Below, in pieces: positions 8,618 through 17,322 of a stretch of DNA of 30,004 nt. The notes under the pieces were generated by a model. It ran no database searches, was not told the origin of the DNA, and worked only from the letters and a program-made list of their open reading frames with translations. Source of the stretch: a virus (taxonomy: Duplodnaviria > Heunggongvirae > Uroviricota > Caudoviricetes). Location: positions 1 through 30,004 of the IMG/VR virus record IMGVR_UViG_2740892439_000007, one strand, 5' to 3'. Both the position numbers and the translations under genes were made by a program. Positions within the stretch are counted from its first letter, which is position 1; each line of letters begins with the position of its first letter.

Positions 8618-10651
8618 ATGACCCAAGTCGCGAAGAAAATTCTGGTGACGTGCGCGCTGCCGTACGCTAACGGCTCAATCCACCTCGGCCATATGCTGGA
8701 GCACATCCAGGCTGATGTCTGGGTTCGTTACCAGCGAATGCGCGGCCACGAGGTTAATTTCATCTGTGCCGACGATGCCCACGGTACGCCGATCATGCTG
8801 AAAGCACAGCAGCTTGGTATCACACCGGAGCAGATGATTGGCGAAATGAGTCAGGAACACCAGACTGATTTCGCAGGCTTTAACATCAGCTATGACAACT
8901 ATCACTCGACGCACAGCGAAGAGAACCGTCAGTTGTCTGAGCTTATCTATACTCGCCTGAAAGAGAACGGTTTTATTAAAAACCGCACTATCTCTCAGTT
9001 GTACGACCCGGAAAAAGGCATGTTCCTGCCGGATCGTTTTGTAAAAGGCACCTGCCCGAAATGTAAAGCGCCAGATCAATACGGCGATAACTGTGAAGTC
9101 TGCGGCGCGACCTACAGCCCGACTGAACTGATTGAGCCGAAATCGGTAGTTTCTGGCGCTACGCCGGTAATGCGTGATTCTGAACACTTCTTCTTTGATC
9201 TGCCCTCTTTCAGCGAAATGTTGCAGGCATGGACCCGCAGCGGCGCGTTGCAGGAGCAGGTGGCGAACAAAATGCAGGAATGGTTTGAATCCGGCCTGCA
9301 ACAGTGGGATATCTCCCGCGATGCGCCTTACTTCGGTTTTGAAATTCCGAACGCGCCGGGCAAATATTTCTACGTCTGGCTGGACGCGCCGATTGGCTAC
9401 ATGGGTTCCTTCAAGAATCTGTGCGACAAGCGCGGCGATACCACCAGCTTCGATGAATACTGGAAGAAAGACTCCACCGCCGAGCTGTACCACTTCATCG
9501 GTAAAGATATTGTTTACTTCCACAGCCTGTTCTGGCCTGCCATGCTGGAAGGCAGCAACTTCCGCAAGCCGACCAACCTGTTTGTTCACGGCTATGTGAC
9601 GGTGAACGGCGCGAAGATGTCCAAGTCTCGCGGCACCTTTATTAAAGCCAGCACCTGGCTGAATCATTTTGACGCCGACAGCCTGCGTTACTACTACGCT
9701 GCGAAACTCTCTTCGCGCATTGATGATATCGATCTCAACCTGGAGGATTTCGTTCAGCGCGTGAATGCCGATATCGTGAACAAAGTGGTTAACCTGGCCT
9801 CCCGTAATGCAGGCTTTATCAACAAGCGTTTTGACGGCGTGCTGGCAAGCGAACTGGCTGACCCGCAACTGTACAAAACCTTTACTGATGCCGCTGAAGT
9901 GATTGGCGAAGCATGGGAAAGCCGCGAATTTGGTAAAGCTATCCGTGAAATCATGGCATTGGCTGACCTGGCTAACCGCTATGTCGATGAACAGGCTCCG
10001 TGGGTGGTGGCGAAGCAGGAAGGACGCGATGCCGATCTGCAGGCGATTTGCTCTATGGGCATTAACCTGTTCCGCGTGCTGATGACGTACCTGAAGCCGG
10101 TACTGCCGAAACTGACTGAACGTGCAGAAGCATTCCTGAATACAGAACTGACCTGGGATGGTATCCAGCAACCGCTGCTGGGCCATAAAGTGAATCCGTT
10201 CAAGGCACTGTATAACCGTATCGATATGAAGCAGGTTGAAGCACTGGTGGAAGCATCTAAAGAAGAAGTGAAAGCAGCTGCCACGCCAGTAACTGGCCCG
10301 CTGGCAGATGATCCGATTCAGGAAACCATCACCTTTGATGACTTCGCCAAAGTTGACCTGCGCGTGGCGCTGATTGAAAACGCAGAGTTTGTAGAAGGTT
10401 CTGACAAACTGCTTCGCCTGACGCTGGATCTCGGTGGTGAAAAGCGTAATGTCTTCTCAGGCATCCGTTCCGCTTATCCAGATCCACAGGCACTGATTGG
10501 TCGTCACACCATTATGGTGGCTAACCTGGCACCACGTAAAATGCGCTTCGGTATCTCTGAAGGCATGGTGATGGCTGCTGGCCCTGGCGGGAAAGATATC
10601 TTCCTGTTAAGCCCGGATGTCGGTGCTAAACCTGGCCACCAGGTTAAGTAA
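8618..10651 (+). CDS. metG: Methionine--tRNA ligase
   Basis: [25 protein letters not shown] (HIGH motif), KMSKS, C-terminal tRNA-binding domain; near-identical to E. coli MetG as recalled; the track ORF start at 8489 is an upstream alternative codon. Confidence 0.97.
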   Translation: MTQVAKKILVTCALPYANGSIHLGHMLEHIQADVWVRYQRMRGHEVNFICADDAHGTPIMLKAQQLGITPEQMIGEMSQEHQTDFAGFNISYDNYHSTHSEENRQLSELIYTRLKENGFIKNRTISQLYDPEKGMFLPDRFVKGTCPKCKAPDQYGDNCEVCGATYSPTELIEPKSVVSGATPVMRDSEHFFFDLPSFSEMLQAWTRSGALQEQVANKMQEWFESGLQQWDISRDAPYFGFEIPNAPGKYFYVWLDAPIGYMGSFKNLCDKRGDTTSFDEYWKKDSTAELYHFIGKDIVYFHSLFWPAMLEGSNFRKPTNLFVHGYVTVNGAKMSKSRGTFIKASTWLNHFDADSLRYYYAAKLSSRIDDIDLNLEDFVQRVNADIVNKVVNLASRNAGFINKRFDGVLASELADPQLYKTFTDAAEVIGEAWESREFGKAIREIMALADLANRYVDEQAPWVVAKQEGRDADLQAICSMGINLFRVLMTYLKPVLPKLTERAEAFLNTELTWDGIQQPLLGHKVNPFKALYNRIDMKQVEALVEASKEEVKAAATPVTGPLADDPIQETITFDDFAKVDLRVALIENAEFVEGSDKLLRLTLDLGGEKRNVFSGIRSAYPDPQALIGRHTIMVANLAPRKMRFGISEGMVMAAGPGGKDIFLLSPDVGAKPGHQVK

Positions 10652-10673
10652 TTAAGCAACCATTCTTCACAAT

Positions 10674-10697
10674 GCCCAGCAATACGCTGGGCATTTT
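10674..10697 (+). terminator. metG rho-independent terminator (gcccagc aatac gctgggc + TTTT)
   Basis: 7-bp stem and T-run 22 nt after the metG stop. Confidence 0.8.
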
Positions 10698-10735
10698 CAT
10701 ATAGACACAACCCCTTCTGACTTTAACAAACCCTA

Positions 10736-10799
10736 AAACAATTTGTTTTCTACCTTTTGTTGATTGAGATAATAAGCCACATAAGAAAACAAATTGTTT
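10736..10799 (+). promoter_or_regulatory. Promoter with two perfect operators (10736-10748 AAACAA-T-TTGTTT; 10787-10799 AAACAA-A-TTGTTT) flanking an extended -10 TGAGATAAT (10765-10773)
   Basis: Operator centres 51 bp apart, the same spacing as at 15412/15463. Confidence 0.65.
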
Positions 10800-10812
10800 C
10801 GGAGTGGTTGAA

Positions 10813-11112
10813 ATGTTGAACATTACCCAAGCCTACCAGGTGGCATTGATCAGTTCATCTCATACATCAGAGGAAGATGCTCGCCGATTCATGATCGCAA
10901 GCAATGAGCTGGATTGGGTTTCACAAATTGACGGCGGTTGTATTGTCCACGCCGGGTTACAGGATGATGTCTGGAAAGAGGACTTGCGTCGATATGGTAT
11001 ATCCGAAGGCGCAATTGCTAACATTCAGAAAGTACTTGATGTAGGCTTTGACTGTGTACATTTTGATTGTGGTGCGCCGATCGTTGAAGGGCTTGAGTGC
11101 TGGTGTTGGTAG
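10813..11112 (+). CDS. Hypothetical protein (about 100 aa)
   Basis: ATG at 10813 with GGAG 8 nt upstream; the track start at 10804 is an alternative codon. Confidence 0.6.
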   Translation: MLNITQAYQVALISSSHTSEEDARRFMIASNELDWVSQIDGGCIVHAGLQDDVWKEDLRRYGISEGAIANIQKVLDVGFDCVHFDCGAPIVEGLECWCW

Positions 11113-11282
11113 AGTGTATAAGCGGATCAATGAGTTACGGAAACAGTTAATAATGAGGAGCTTGTAATAAGCTGTATACCCTAGAAAAGCTAGACTAGGG
11201 AATAAAATGACGTGAAACTGGGCGGGACAGTAAATAATTCCGAATGATAATTGAACAAATAACCCCTTGCTCGGAGCTTGGA

Positions 11283-12482
11283 ATGACTGATACCGCTTTT
11301 TCAAAATCGTTACAAAAAGAAGTCGATCCTGAGCAGTACTTGGCGCTAAAGAATTTAGATGACAGCTCGGTTCATGCTATTGCCCGTGACGATATCATCT
11401 GCCCCATTTGCAAAGTTGGAGGTGGTTCGTTCGTTAGAGCCACTAGGAATGGTGGCTATCACAAGAAGGCGCATTTCAGATTTACCGGTGAAGATGGTCA
11501 AGGCCATCATCCATCATGTGATTTCTATGGAGATAGATTAACATCTGAGGTGAAGCAGCACCTTGTCTCATTCACAAAAGATCGAACAAAGTATTCGCAG
11601 GTAATACGAAAGCTGGTCTGTGCCGGCATACAGGAAGGGATATTTACTCAAGAAAAAATGTGGCAGATGAGGGAATGGTTCTTCAATAAGCGAAAGGATT
11701 CCACATTTGAAATATGGTTAGAAAGCGAGCATTTAGACTGGCTTTATTATATTAGTGGGTTACGTGATGCATATCTAGCATGGACAACTCCTGATATTCT
11801 ACCTTTCGCGCCCATTCAGGTTACTGTCCCTGGTTTTTCTTGGAGGCGTGCGATTGACAAAGAGGTGCTAAGAGTTCACATCAAGACTCTCCAGCAATTG
11901 CGTGAAATTTCAGTCTCACATAGTGACATTGCTGTAATCTTAGAACACATAAACAATAATCGTGACCGCACAATTCTCGATCCATCGCATTTGGAGGACG
12001 AGATAAGTAAGACCTATAAGCTTACTAGTTTTGTGATGGGCAATTACATTGAGTTTCAGACAAAAACGGTTAGCGACAGAGCATACGGGGAAGCTAAGTT
12101 TCTGGCATTTGCAGCACTTTTGTTGTTCGTGTCAGATTGGGACCTCAACATTGCTATTGGTAAGTTTTCTAAGATTGCCAGAGTGAAGGAGGTTGATGAC
12201 ATGCTGGCTGGTAATTTCATTGGTCTTAATCCTTACTTCCGATACGACCTGGCTAATGCAGTGAAGAGATTGCAGGATAACTGGCCGATTGAATACCAAG
12301 AGTTGGAGCATTGGAATGTTGAGAAATCCATGCGTGACGCATATGAAAAGTGGCGTGCGACAGAGCTGAATTCGCTCCACCCCTATTGCCAGACTTGTAT
12401 ATTGCCAAACATGAGAAAGAAGTCGCACAAGACGAGCAAGTCAGGCAGTGGATTAAGAACGGGGATGTTTGATTGTAATTAG
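11283..12482 (+). CDS. Hypothetical protein (about 399 aa) with an N-terminal Cys/His cluster (CPICK ... HHPSCDF)
   Basis: ATG at 11283 has GGAG 6 nt upstream, whereas the track start at 11244 has no RBS; no family recognised. Confidence 0.65.
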   Translation: MTDTAFSKSLQKEVDPEQYLALKNLDDSSVHAIARDDIICPICKVGGGSFVRATRNGGYHKKAHFRFTGEDGQGHHPSCDFYGDRLTSEVKQHLVSFTKDRTKYSQVIRKLVCAGIQEGIFTQEKMWQMREWFFNKRKDSTFEIWLESEHLDWLYYISGLRDAYLAWTTPDILPFAPIQVTVPGFSWRRAIDKEVLRVHIKTLQQLREISVSHSDIAVILEHINNNRDRTILDPSHLEDEISKTYKLTSFVMGNYIEFQTKTVSDRAYGEAKFLAFAALLLFVSDWDLNIAIGKFSKIARVKEVDDMLAGNFIGLNPYFRYDLANAVKRLQDNWPIEYQELEHWNVEKSMRDAYEKWRATELNSLHPYCQTCILPNMRKKSHKTSKSGSGLRTGMFDCN

Positions 12483-12616
12483 CTTAATCAATCAGTTGAT
12501 AATGGCGGTCACAATTTGATTCTTTTCTATAAGAACCCGTTGATCGCCACTACTCCCCTCCCATACCAGCAATCACATCATTAAATATCAATAGGTTAAC
12601 GTTGTTTATACCAATA

Positions 12617-13330
12617 AGAAAACAACTAAATAACAGATCAACGAAACATCAACGCTTTCTCCCGATTTGGTCTAAAAAATTGACGTTATCACACATCACT
12701 TCTTATACCCGTAATTCTACGCAGCAGATAGCGCCACAGCGTCCAAATTTCACCACAAACGACTCAACACACTACCAACAAAAACACACGCTCAAAATCG
12801 CTCCCGTTGCGTTACACAACCATATAAACAACTTATTTTCAGGCATAACAAAACAACTAAATAACACATATGACATTCCCCAAAACAACCAACCTCTTTA
12901 TGGCAGGCTACCGAAAAGACCCACCTCTTCTCCCCAGGCTACCGGACAACCAACCTAACTTTCACAGGCAATCCGAAAACATTCATACGCGCGATACCCA
13001 CGACACGCCATTCCCCAAACAGCGAAGAAACACCAGAATCACTGAAACCCCAACGAAGCCTGTTACCGCAAGGATTCTCTCAATCCCAAAAGACACGAAA
13101 CATAACAATCACGGGAAACGCCATTACCCAATACACGAATAACTACAAAAGCCCTTCACGCACTCCAGACAAACAACTCAAACACAATAACGAAAGCAAT
13201 CGCCCACCTGCCATTACTCCATACACGGAGAAGAACAATCACCAAAACGACGAGAACACCCCATAGAAGAACCACCGCAAAACGAACGAAACCATTTACA
13301 CCGACAGAGAGAACAACACACCCAATTCAC
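12617..13330 (+). other. About 0.7-kb noncoding tract with strong A+C strand bias (roughly 75 percent A+C on the plus strand) and internal repeats
   Basis: Hand counts on two 60-nt lines gave 75 and 77 percent A+C; track ORFs here are low-complexity P/T/N/Q/H-rich translations. Confidence 0.7.
12888..12981 (+). repeat. Three tandem ~30-bp direct repeats (CCACCTCTT...CCAGGCTACCG family)
   Basis: Units at about 12888-12920, 12921-12950, 12951-12981; same family as 15811-15900. Confidence 0.6.
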
Positions 13331-13466
13331 CAACAGAAATAGTCGCCGTATAGAACATTCTGGAAGGAGTGAGCATTAACGCCTATAGAGAGGTTGAGAC
13401 AGATAAACACGAAGAAAACACAACATGTATAGCGAAGAAGCCAGGTATGTATAAGTGGGGAGGGAA

Positions 13467-13488
13467 GGAGGGGTGTCGCCTCCTTTTT
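13467..13488 (+). terminator. Hairpin plus T5 terminator candidate at the end of the AC-rich/purine-rich noncoding tract
   Basis: ggagg ggtgtcg cctcc followed by TTTTT. Confidence 0.45.
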
Positions 13489-13547
13489 CGTATTTATTCA
13501 ACTCCTGATTTTATCCCCCGTAACACCCCTACGGTCAGCCTTCGGTC

Positions 13548-13700
13548 CATACAGGGAAAAGGCTGCATCCCGCTACAGAAACGGCTGGGTTGCCTTCGGG
13601 GAACGGCTGGAGGTTTTCAGGGAAACGGTCGAGTTGCCTGTGTGGATTTCGGGAAAAGGCTCGATGCCGGTTCAGGAACGGTGGCGTACCGGTATAGCGA
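13548..13700 (+). repeat. Iteron array: six direct repeats with core GG(G)AAA(C/A)GG at about 22-bp periodicity
   Basis: Cores at about 13564, 13587, 13608, 13630, 13661, 13685. Confidence 0.65.
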
Positions 13701-13998
13701 GAGGGAGAGTTGCGGCTACCCACCTGTAATGTGCGGGAAGAAGAGAGGCGCTCACGTGCAGGCGGACTAACTTACCGTTGGACTCCCTCTGAATGCCCAA
13801 CTACAGCGTAATTGTGCCAGAGAGTCAGCGGGTCACAATCGATTTCAGTAGGTTTTCGGGGAGAGGATTATTCTGCCCACCAGCCACTTTCGGCCACCAA
13901 ATCAGAATAATGTAAAAAGTGTACTCGGTACTGAACCTGAAAACTCACTGCCAAAACCACATTCACCGGAATAAAATCCTTTTTCGCCTGTGCGTTAT

Positions 13999-14033
13999 TG
14001 CGATAATAACACCAACAAGAAAACATGTTGTTT
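13999..14033 (+). promoter_or_regulatory. Extended -10 promoter TGCGATAAT (13999-14007) plus operator AAACAT-G-TTGTTT (14021-14033)
   Basis: ttgcgataataacaccaacaagaaaaca is identical to 15440-15467. Confidence 0.65.
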
Positions 14034-14045
14034 AAGGATTGATTT

Positions 14046-14375
14046 ATGTTTGCACATATCGACATCAACCAAATCAAGAAATTAACTCAAAAAGAGTTTG
14101 ATCAGTTTTATGAGTTAGAAGGTTGGTCTTCCACTCTGATCAATTCGCGGTGGGTGCTTGAGCTGATGACTCGTGATGACGCACCTGCTTTGATGATTTG
14201 CGACATGGGTGAAGATGCTGACTTTATGGATATGAGCGAATTTTGTGTGGACACATACAACCGCAGCCAGAAGTACTACTTCACATGCGATAGCGAAAAT
14301 GACGTGATTTCTAAGGTCTATCTTCACCTCGTCCAGCATTGGGACGTTCAGGAGTTTCTTGAGGTATTCGCGTAA
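14046..14375 (+). CDS. Hypothetical acidic protein (109 aa)
   Basis: ATG 13 nt after the operator; Asp/Glu-rich. Confidence 0.65.
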   Translation: MFAHIDINQIKKLTQKEFDQFYELEGWSSTLINSRWVLELMTRDDAPALMICDMGEDADFMDMSEFCVDTYNRSQKYYFTCDSENDVISKVYLHLVQHWDVQEFLEVFA

Positions 14376-14481
14376 TCCCAACCAAAGCCAGCATTGCTGG
14401 CTTAATTTCTCTATAGCCGCAGGGAAGAACCTACATATCGCTCATGCACCTGATCAATATGCTTTGTAGCCGTTTTCTTAC

Positions 14482-14517
14482 TGGTATCATTTACGCCATT
14501 GAGAAAACAAGTTGTTT
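14482..14517 (+). promoter_or_regulatory. Extended -10 TGGTATCAT (14482-14490) plus perfect operator AAACAA-G-TTGTTT (14505-14517)
   Basis: Same architecture as the other cassettes. Confidence 0.6.
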
Positions 14518-14528
14518 ACGGAGTTGTG

Positions 14529-14840
14529 ATGAAAAAATCATTGGTTCTTGGTCTGGACAAAGACCAGAAGAGAAAAGAGAAGCCTGCGCTGGTTGCTCAA
14601 TTAACTTTGCTGGACATCGTTGCCAATGGAACCTCTATTCGTCTGTTCCGTGAAACAGCGGTATCTTTCGATAAAAACACCTTTACTCGTTATGTAATGA
14701 ATGTTCGTCGCCAGCGTGGAAAAGGCTGGGTGGCATTTCAAAGAATGTGGCCGGAACATCAGCTCGAACTGGCTTTGATGGAAGTTAACCGCGTGGCCCA
14801 GCAAGAAATTCAGAGAGCATCAGTGATGGCAATAGCCTGA
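14529..14840 (+). CDS. Hypothetical protein (103 aa)
   Basis: ATG at 14529 with GGAG 5 nt upstream; the track start at 14499 lies inside the operator. Confidence 0.6.
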   Translation: MKKSLVLGLDKDQKRKEKPALVAQLTLLDIVANGTSIRLFRETAVSFDKNTFTRYVMNVRRQRGKGWVAFQRMWPEHQLELALMEVNRVAQQEIQRASVMAIA

Positions 14841-14874
14841 TAATGTGCAAGTGGTAATTAGTCGACAGTACGAC

Positions 14875-14903
14875 AGCCCCGCCATCCTTACGGGGCTTTT
14901 TTG
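14875..14903 (+). terminator. Rho-independent terminator (gccccg ... cggggc + TTTTTT)
   Basis: GC stem plus T6 after the stop of CDS 14529-14840. Confidence 0.75.
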
Positions 14904-14960
14904 TATTGTAAGTACTTACCTATGGCGATAGTATTACGACGCATTTACATGGAGGTAAAA

Positions 14961-15368
14961 ATGAGTTTGACCAAAGAAGATTTAGTATTTGACCTTTACT
15001 ACGCATCCAGCACTGACGAAGAAGGCAATAAACTGGCCCAGCTGACCGTTCAGTTCCGTGATGCATCGGCTGTTCCGCATGTGACTACCCAGCTGGCCCG
15101 CACAACTCTTAAGCGAGATCGCTCGAAGGTTTATGCCGTCGGCGAGCAATCCGTGAAAAATGGTTCAGACACTCTGCTGGCCGCCATTGAAGCCTATTAT
15201 CGAACAGACCCGAAGACCATTTTCGAAAACCTGATGGCCCAGGTTCAGGATATGATCGAGGGCAACCTTGGCGCCAACAATACCTGGGTTGGTTCTTACG
15301 GCATCACCATTGTGTCTGGCGGCTCTCTGGAAGAGTATCTGCCTGAGTCCGTCTACAACGTCCAGTAA
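14961..15368 (+). CDS. Hypothetical protein (135 aa)
   Basis: ATG at 14961 with GGAGG 5 nt upstream; the track N-terminal extension begins in the terminator T-tract; a 12-bp palindrome GTAAGTACTTAC sits upstream at 14909-14920. Confidence 0.65.
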   Translation: MSLTKEDLVFDLYYASSTDEEGNKLAQLTVQFRDASAVPHVTTQLARTTLKRDRSKVYAVGEQSVKNGSDTLLAAIEAYYRTDPKTIFENLMAQVQDMIEGNLGANNTWVGSYGITIVSGGSLEEYLPESVYNVQ

Positions 15369-15377
15369 ACCAGCCAA

Positions 15378-15400
15378 TGGCGCGTAACCCGCGCCATTTT
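15378..15400 (+). terminator. Rho-independent terminator (tggcgcg taacc cgcgcca + TTTT)
   Basis: 7-bp GC stem plus T4 after the stop at 15368. Confidence 0.75.
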
Positions 15401-15411
15401 CCCCAACCCGT

Positions 15412-15475
15412 AAACAAGTTGTTTTATGCCTATCCTACATTGCGATAATAACACCAACAAGAAAACAAGTTATTA
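15412..15475 (+). promoter_or_regulatory. Promoter with operators at 15412-15424 (perfect) and 15463-15475 (degenerate) flanking extended -10 TGCGATAAT (15441-15449)
   Basis: Operator centres 51 bp apart, as at 10736/10787. Confidence 0.65.
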
Positions 15476-15494
15476 ACGCAGTGAGGAAACGCAC

Positions 15495-15776
15495 ATGACC
15501 GATTTCACCATCTCCCCGAAAGAAGAAAACGTATGGCTGGAATCCTGGCTTGACCTGTCGCCGGCCGAGCAGAAAGAAATGGATCACGTCGAACCGGACG
15601 AACAAACCAGCTCCCGCTTCTTCCATTATCAGGATAGCGTTTATGACATTGCCGATTTCATGCGCGATGACCGCTTCCCGGAATGGCACGCCGGCTATCC
15701 ACTGAATGCCTTCGCTATGCTGATGATCCGCGTGACAGATTCAGGCGACGCCATCGACATCGGATTACTTCATTGA
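15495..15776 (+). CDS. Hypothetical small acidic protein (93 aa)
   Basis: ATG with gagga RBS; Asp/Glu-rich. Confidence 0.65.
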   Translation: MTDFTISPKEENVWLESWLDLSPAEQKEMDHVEPDEQTSSRFFHYQDSVYDIADFMRDDRFPEWHAGYPLNAFAMLMIRVTDSGDAIDIGLLH

Positions 15777-15810
15777 GAGGGGAGGGCCACCGATGCTGGT
15801 GGCCATCAAT

Positions 15811-15900
15811 TACCACCTGCTTTCCCGCAGGCTAAAAACACCCACCTCTTACCGCCAGGCTACCGAAGCACCCACCTGTTCCCGTCCGGCTACCGCAACT
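15811..15900 (+). repeat. Three exact-period 30-bp tandem direct repeats (cCCACCTnnTTnCCnnCaGGCTAcc...)
   Basis: Units at 15811-15840, 15841-15870, 15871-15900; related to 12888-12981. Confidence 0.65.
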
Positions 15901-15928
15901 TTCCACTTTGACGCCTTATTCGTACAAC

Positions 15929-15961
15929 GATAATTAATACCAACAAGAAAACAATTTGTTA
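15929..15961 (+). promoter_or_regulatory. -10 GATAAT (15929-15934) plus operator AAACAA-T-TTGTTA (15949-15961)
   Basis: Same cassette family. Confidence 0.55.
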
Positions 15962-15981
15962 TTTACGATAAGGAATTAATC

Positions 15982-16464
15982 ATGAATTTTATCGCTACTG
16001 TAAACGCACCCGCACATGGCAATATCGCTGTAACGTTCTCTGACATTGAAAAACGAGTACTTGGTGCATGGCGCGACAATGAGACGGTAGAACTGTCAGC
16101 ACAAGAAAAATGCATTATTGCACGCGACATCATTGGCAATCGTCGTTACTCGCGGGTATTTGAGAAAGCGTATGTGGTAAATTCTGGATTCGGAACGTTC
16201 GTCTTTCCGGTGCGCTCCGGGCGATTCTGCCAGTCCAAGCTGATTGAGTTCGCTACGCAGATTTCTGTCTGGATTAAAACTCAATCGTCGTTCAAATTTT
16301 CCGACGATGAAGCAGTATCGCAGGGGATGCGAATCGCCAACAATGCGATTAAATGCAAAAACATTACGTATACCGCTGGCGTTGACACATGGAAACTGTT
16401 TTGCGCTAACTTTATGCTGAATGTATACGCAAGCAACCGCATCCACATCCTTGATGGCGTGTAA
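15982..16464 (+). CDS. Hypothetical protein (160 aa)
   Basis: ATG 21 nt after the operator; terminator follows. Confidence 0.65.
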   Translation: MNFIATVNAPAHGNIAVTFSDIEKRVLGAWRDNETVELSAQEKCIIARDIIGNRRYSRVFEKAYVVNSGFGTFVFPVRSGRFCQSKLIEFATQISVWIKTQSSFKFSDDEAVSQGMRIANNAIKCKNITYTAGVDTWKLFCANFMLNVYASNRIHILDGV

Positions 16465-16471
16465 CTGAGAA

Positions 16472-16496
16472 GAGGGCCAGAAACGGCCCTTTCTCT
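16472..16496 (+). terminator. Terminator candidate (gggcc agaaac ggccc + TTTCTCT)
   Basis: Hairpin 8 nt after the stop of CDS 15982-16464. Confidence 0.55.
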
Positions 16497-16513
16497 ATAG
16501 CCACCAGCTGCCG

Positions 16514-16629
16514 CAGGGAAATTTTCAGAAACGGCGAGGAACGTATTCATGAGCCGACGGGAAACGGCCAGGATTTTTTCGGGAAACGGCTGCATTCGCC
16601 TTTATGTAGAAAAACATCGGGAAGCTGGT
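16514..16629 (+). repeat. Second iteron array (GGGAAACGGC-type, about five units, two of them exactly 22 bp apart at 16559 and 16581)
   Basis: Same core as the 13548-13700 array. Confidence 0.6.
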
Positions 16630-16717
16630 GGAATCCAACCAGCGGTTGTCGGACAGGTGAGCGGGGAAAATCATGATGACTTTCGTCGCCTGAGACATCC
16701 AGATTTCTTTCGTAGCG

Positions 16718-16735
16718 TAATCACATATGTGATTA
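16718..16735. promoter_or_regulatory. Perfect 18-bp palindrome TAATCACATATGTGATTA
   Basis: Exact dyad; a further TGTGATTATGTGA...TCAC repeat lies immediately downstream. Confidence 0.4.
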
Positions 16736-16878
16736 AGTGGTGTGATTATGTGAAAAATCACGCGCACATAATACGCGAGCGGATACGGAACAAAACAAAA
16801 TGCCGATCCGCGCCGACAAATAAACGCGGATCATAAAGCAAGACTAAAAGCCAATGATTAACCATACTCTATAGCGCA

Positions 16879-17085
16879 ATATAACGCGTTTTAAGCGCGT
16901 TAATGTGTTAAGTAATGGGTATGTACTGGTAAGGATATAAAAGCGCGTCTATGGCGTTATTTTGGCGCTTATTTTTATGTTGTTGGAGTGAGTTAAAGAC
17001 AATAAAAAACGCGCTAATGATGGCGCGTTATGGTGGGAGTATTGGAAACGAAAAAAGCGCCCATAGTGGGCGCTCGATTTTATTT
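16879..17085. repeat. Array of four related GC-core hairpins, each preceded by an A-run (about 16879, 16936, 17002, 17057)
   Basis: Inverted repeats taacgcg/cgcgtta, aacgcgc/gcgcgtt and gcgccca/tgggcgc are exact; the second unit is imperfect; the last is followed by a T-rich tract. Confidence 0.5.
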
Positions 17086-17150
17086 GTGTAAACTGATTTT
17101 AAATCCCATTTCTACAAACGCTTTTAACATTAAAAATATATCAGCGTCGT

Positions 17151-17309
17151 TCACGTCTGCTTTTTTCGCTCCTGGTCGCTCAATAAGTCAATTTTGCGCG
17201 TCGTTTCATCTATAAGCTCGACTGAGCGCCCAGCGTAACCAGCGATCCCAGCGATGCGATTAACAAAATATTCATTGCGCACGTTAACGCCAGCGATAAG
17301 AATAAACAT
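17151..17309 (-). CDS. Small protein candidate (52 aa, hydrophobic N-terminus MFILIAGV, charged C-terminus)
   Basis: ATG with AAGGAG 7 nt upstream; bracketed by two identical hairpins (gcgcccatagtgggcgc at 17057 and 17327); the track's longer N-terminus overlaps the upstream terminator. Confidence 0.3.
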   Translation of the reverse strand: MFILIAGVNVRNEYFVNRIAGIAGYAGRSVELIDETTRKIDLLSDQERKKQT

Positions 17310-17322
17310 GATTAAGCTCCTT

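Noticed and set aside
8675-10186. 503-aa minus-strand ORF and other ORFs overlapping metG
   Set aside because: They are antisense to a clearly real, conserved metG reading frame and are a reading-frame artefact.
12602-13770. Track ORFs 12602-12958, 12870-13142 and 13369-13770 on the plus strand
   Set aside because: They lie in the compositionally biased AC-rich tract and the iteron array. Their translations are low-complexity, they have no RBS, and they overlap repeats, so they are treated as noncoding.
15811-15900. Possible CRISPR array
   Set aside because: Only three units, directly abutting with no spacers, and no cas genes. These are plain tandem repeats.
16549-16836. 95-aa plus-strand ORF
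   Set aside because: It overlaps the iteron array and palindromes and has no RBS, so it is more likely noncoding regulatory DNA.
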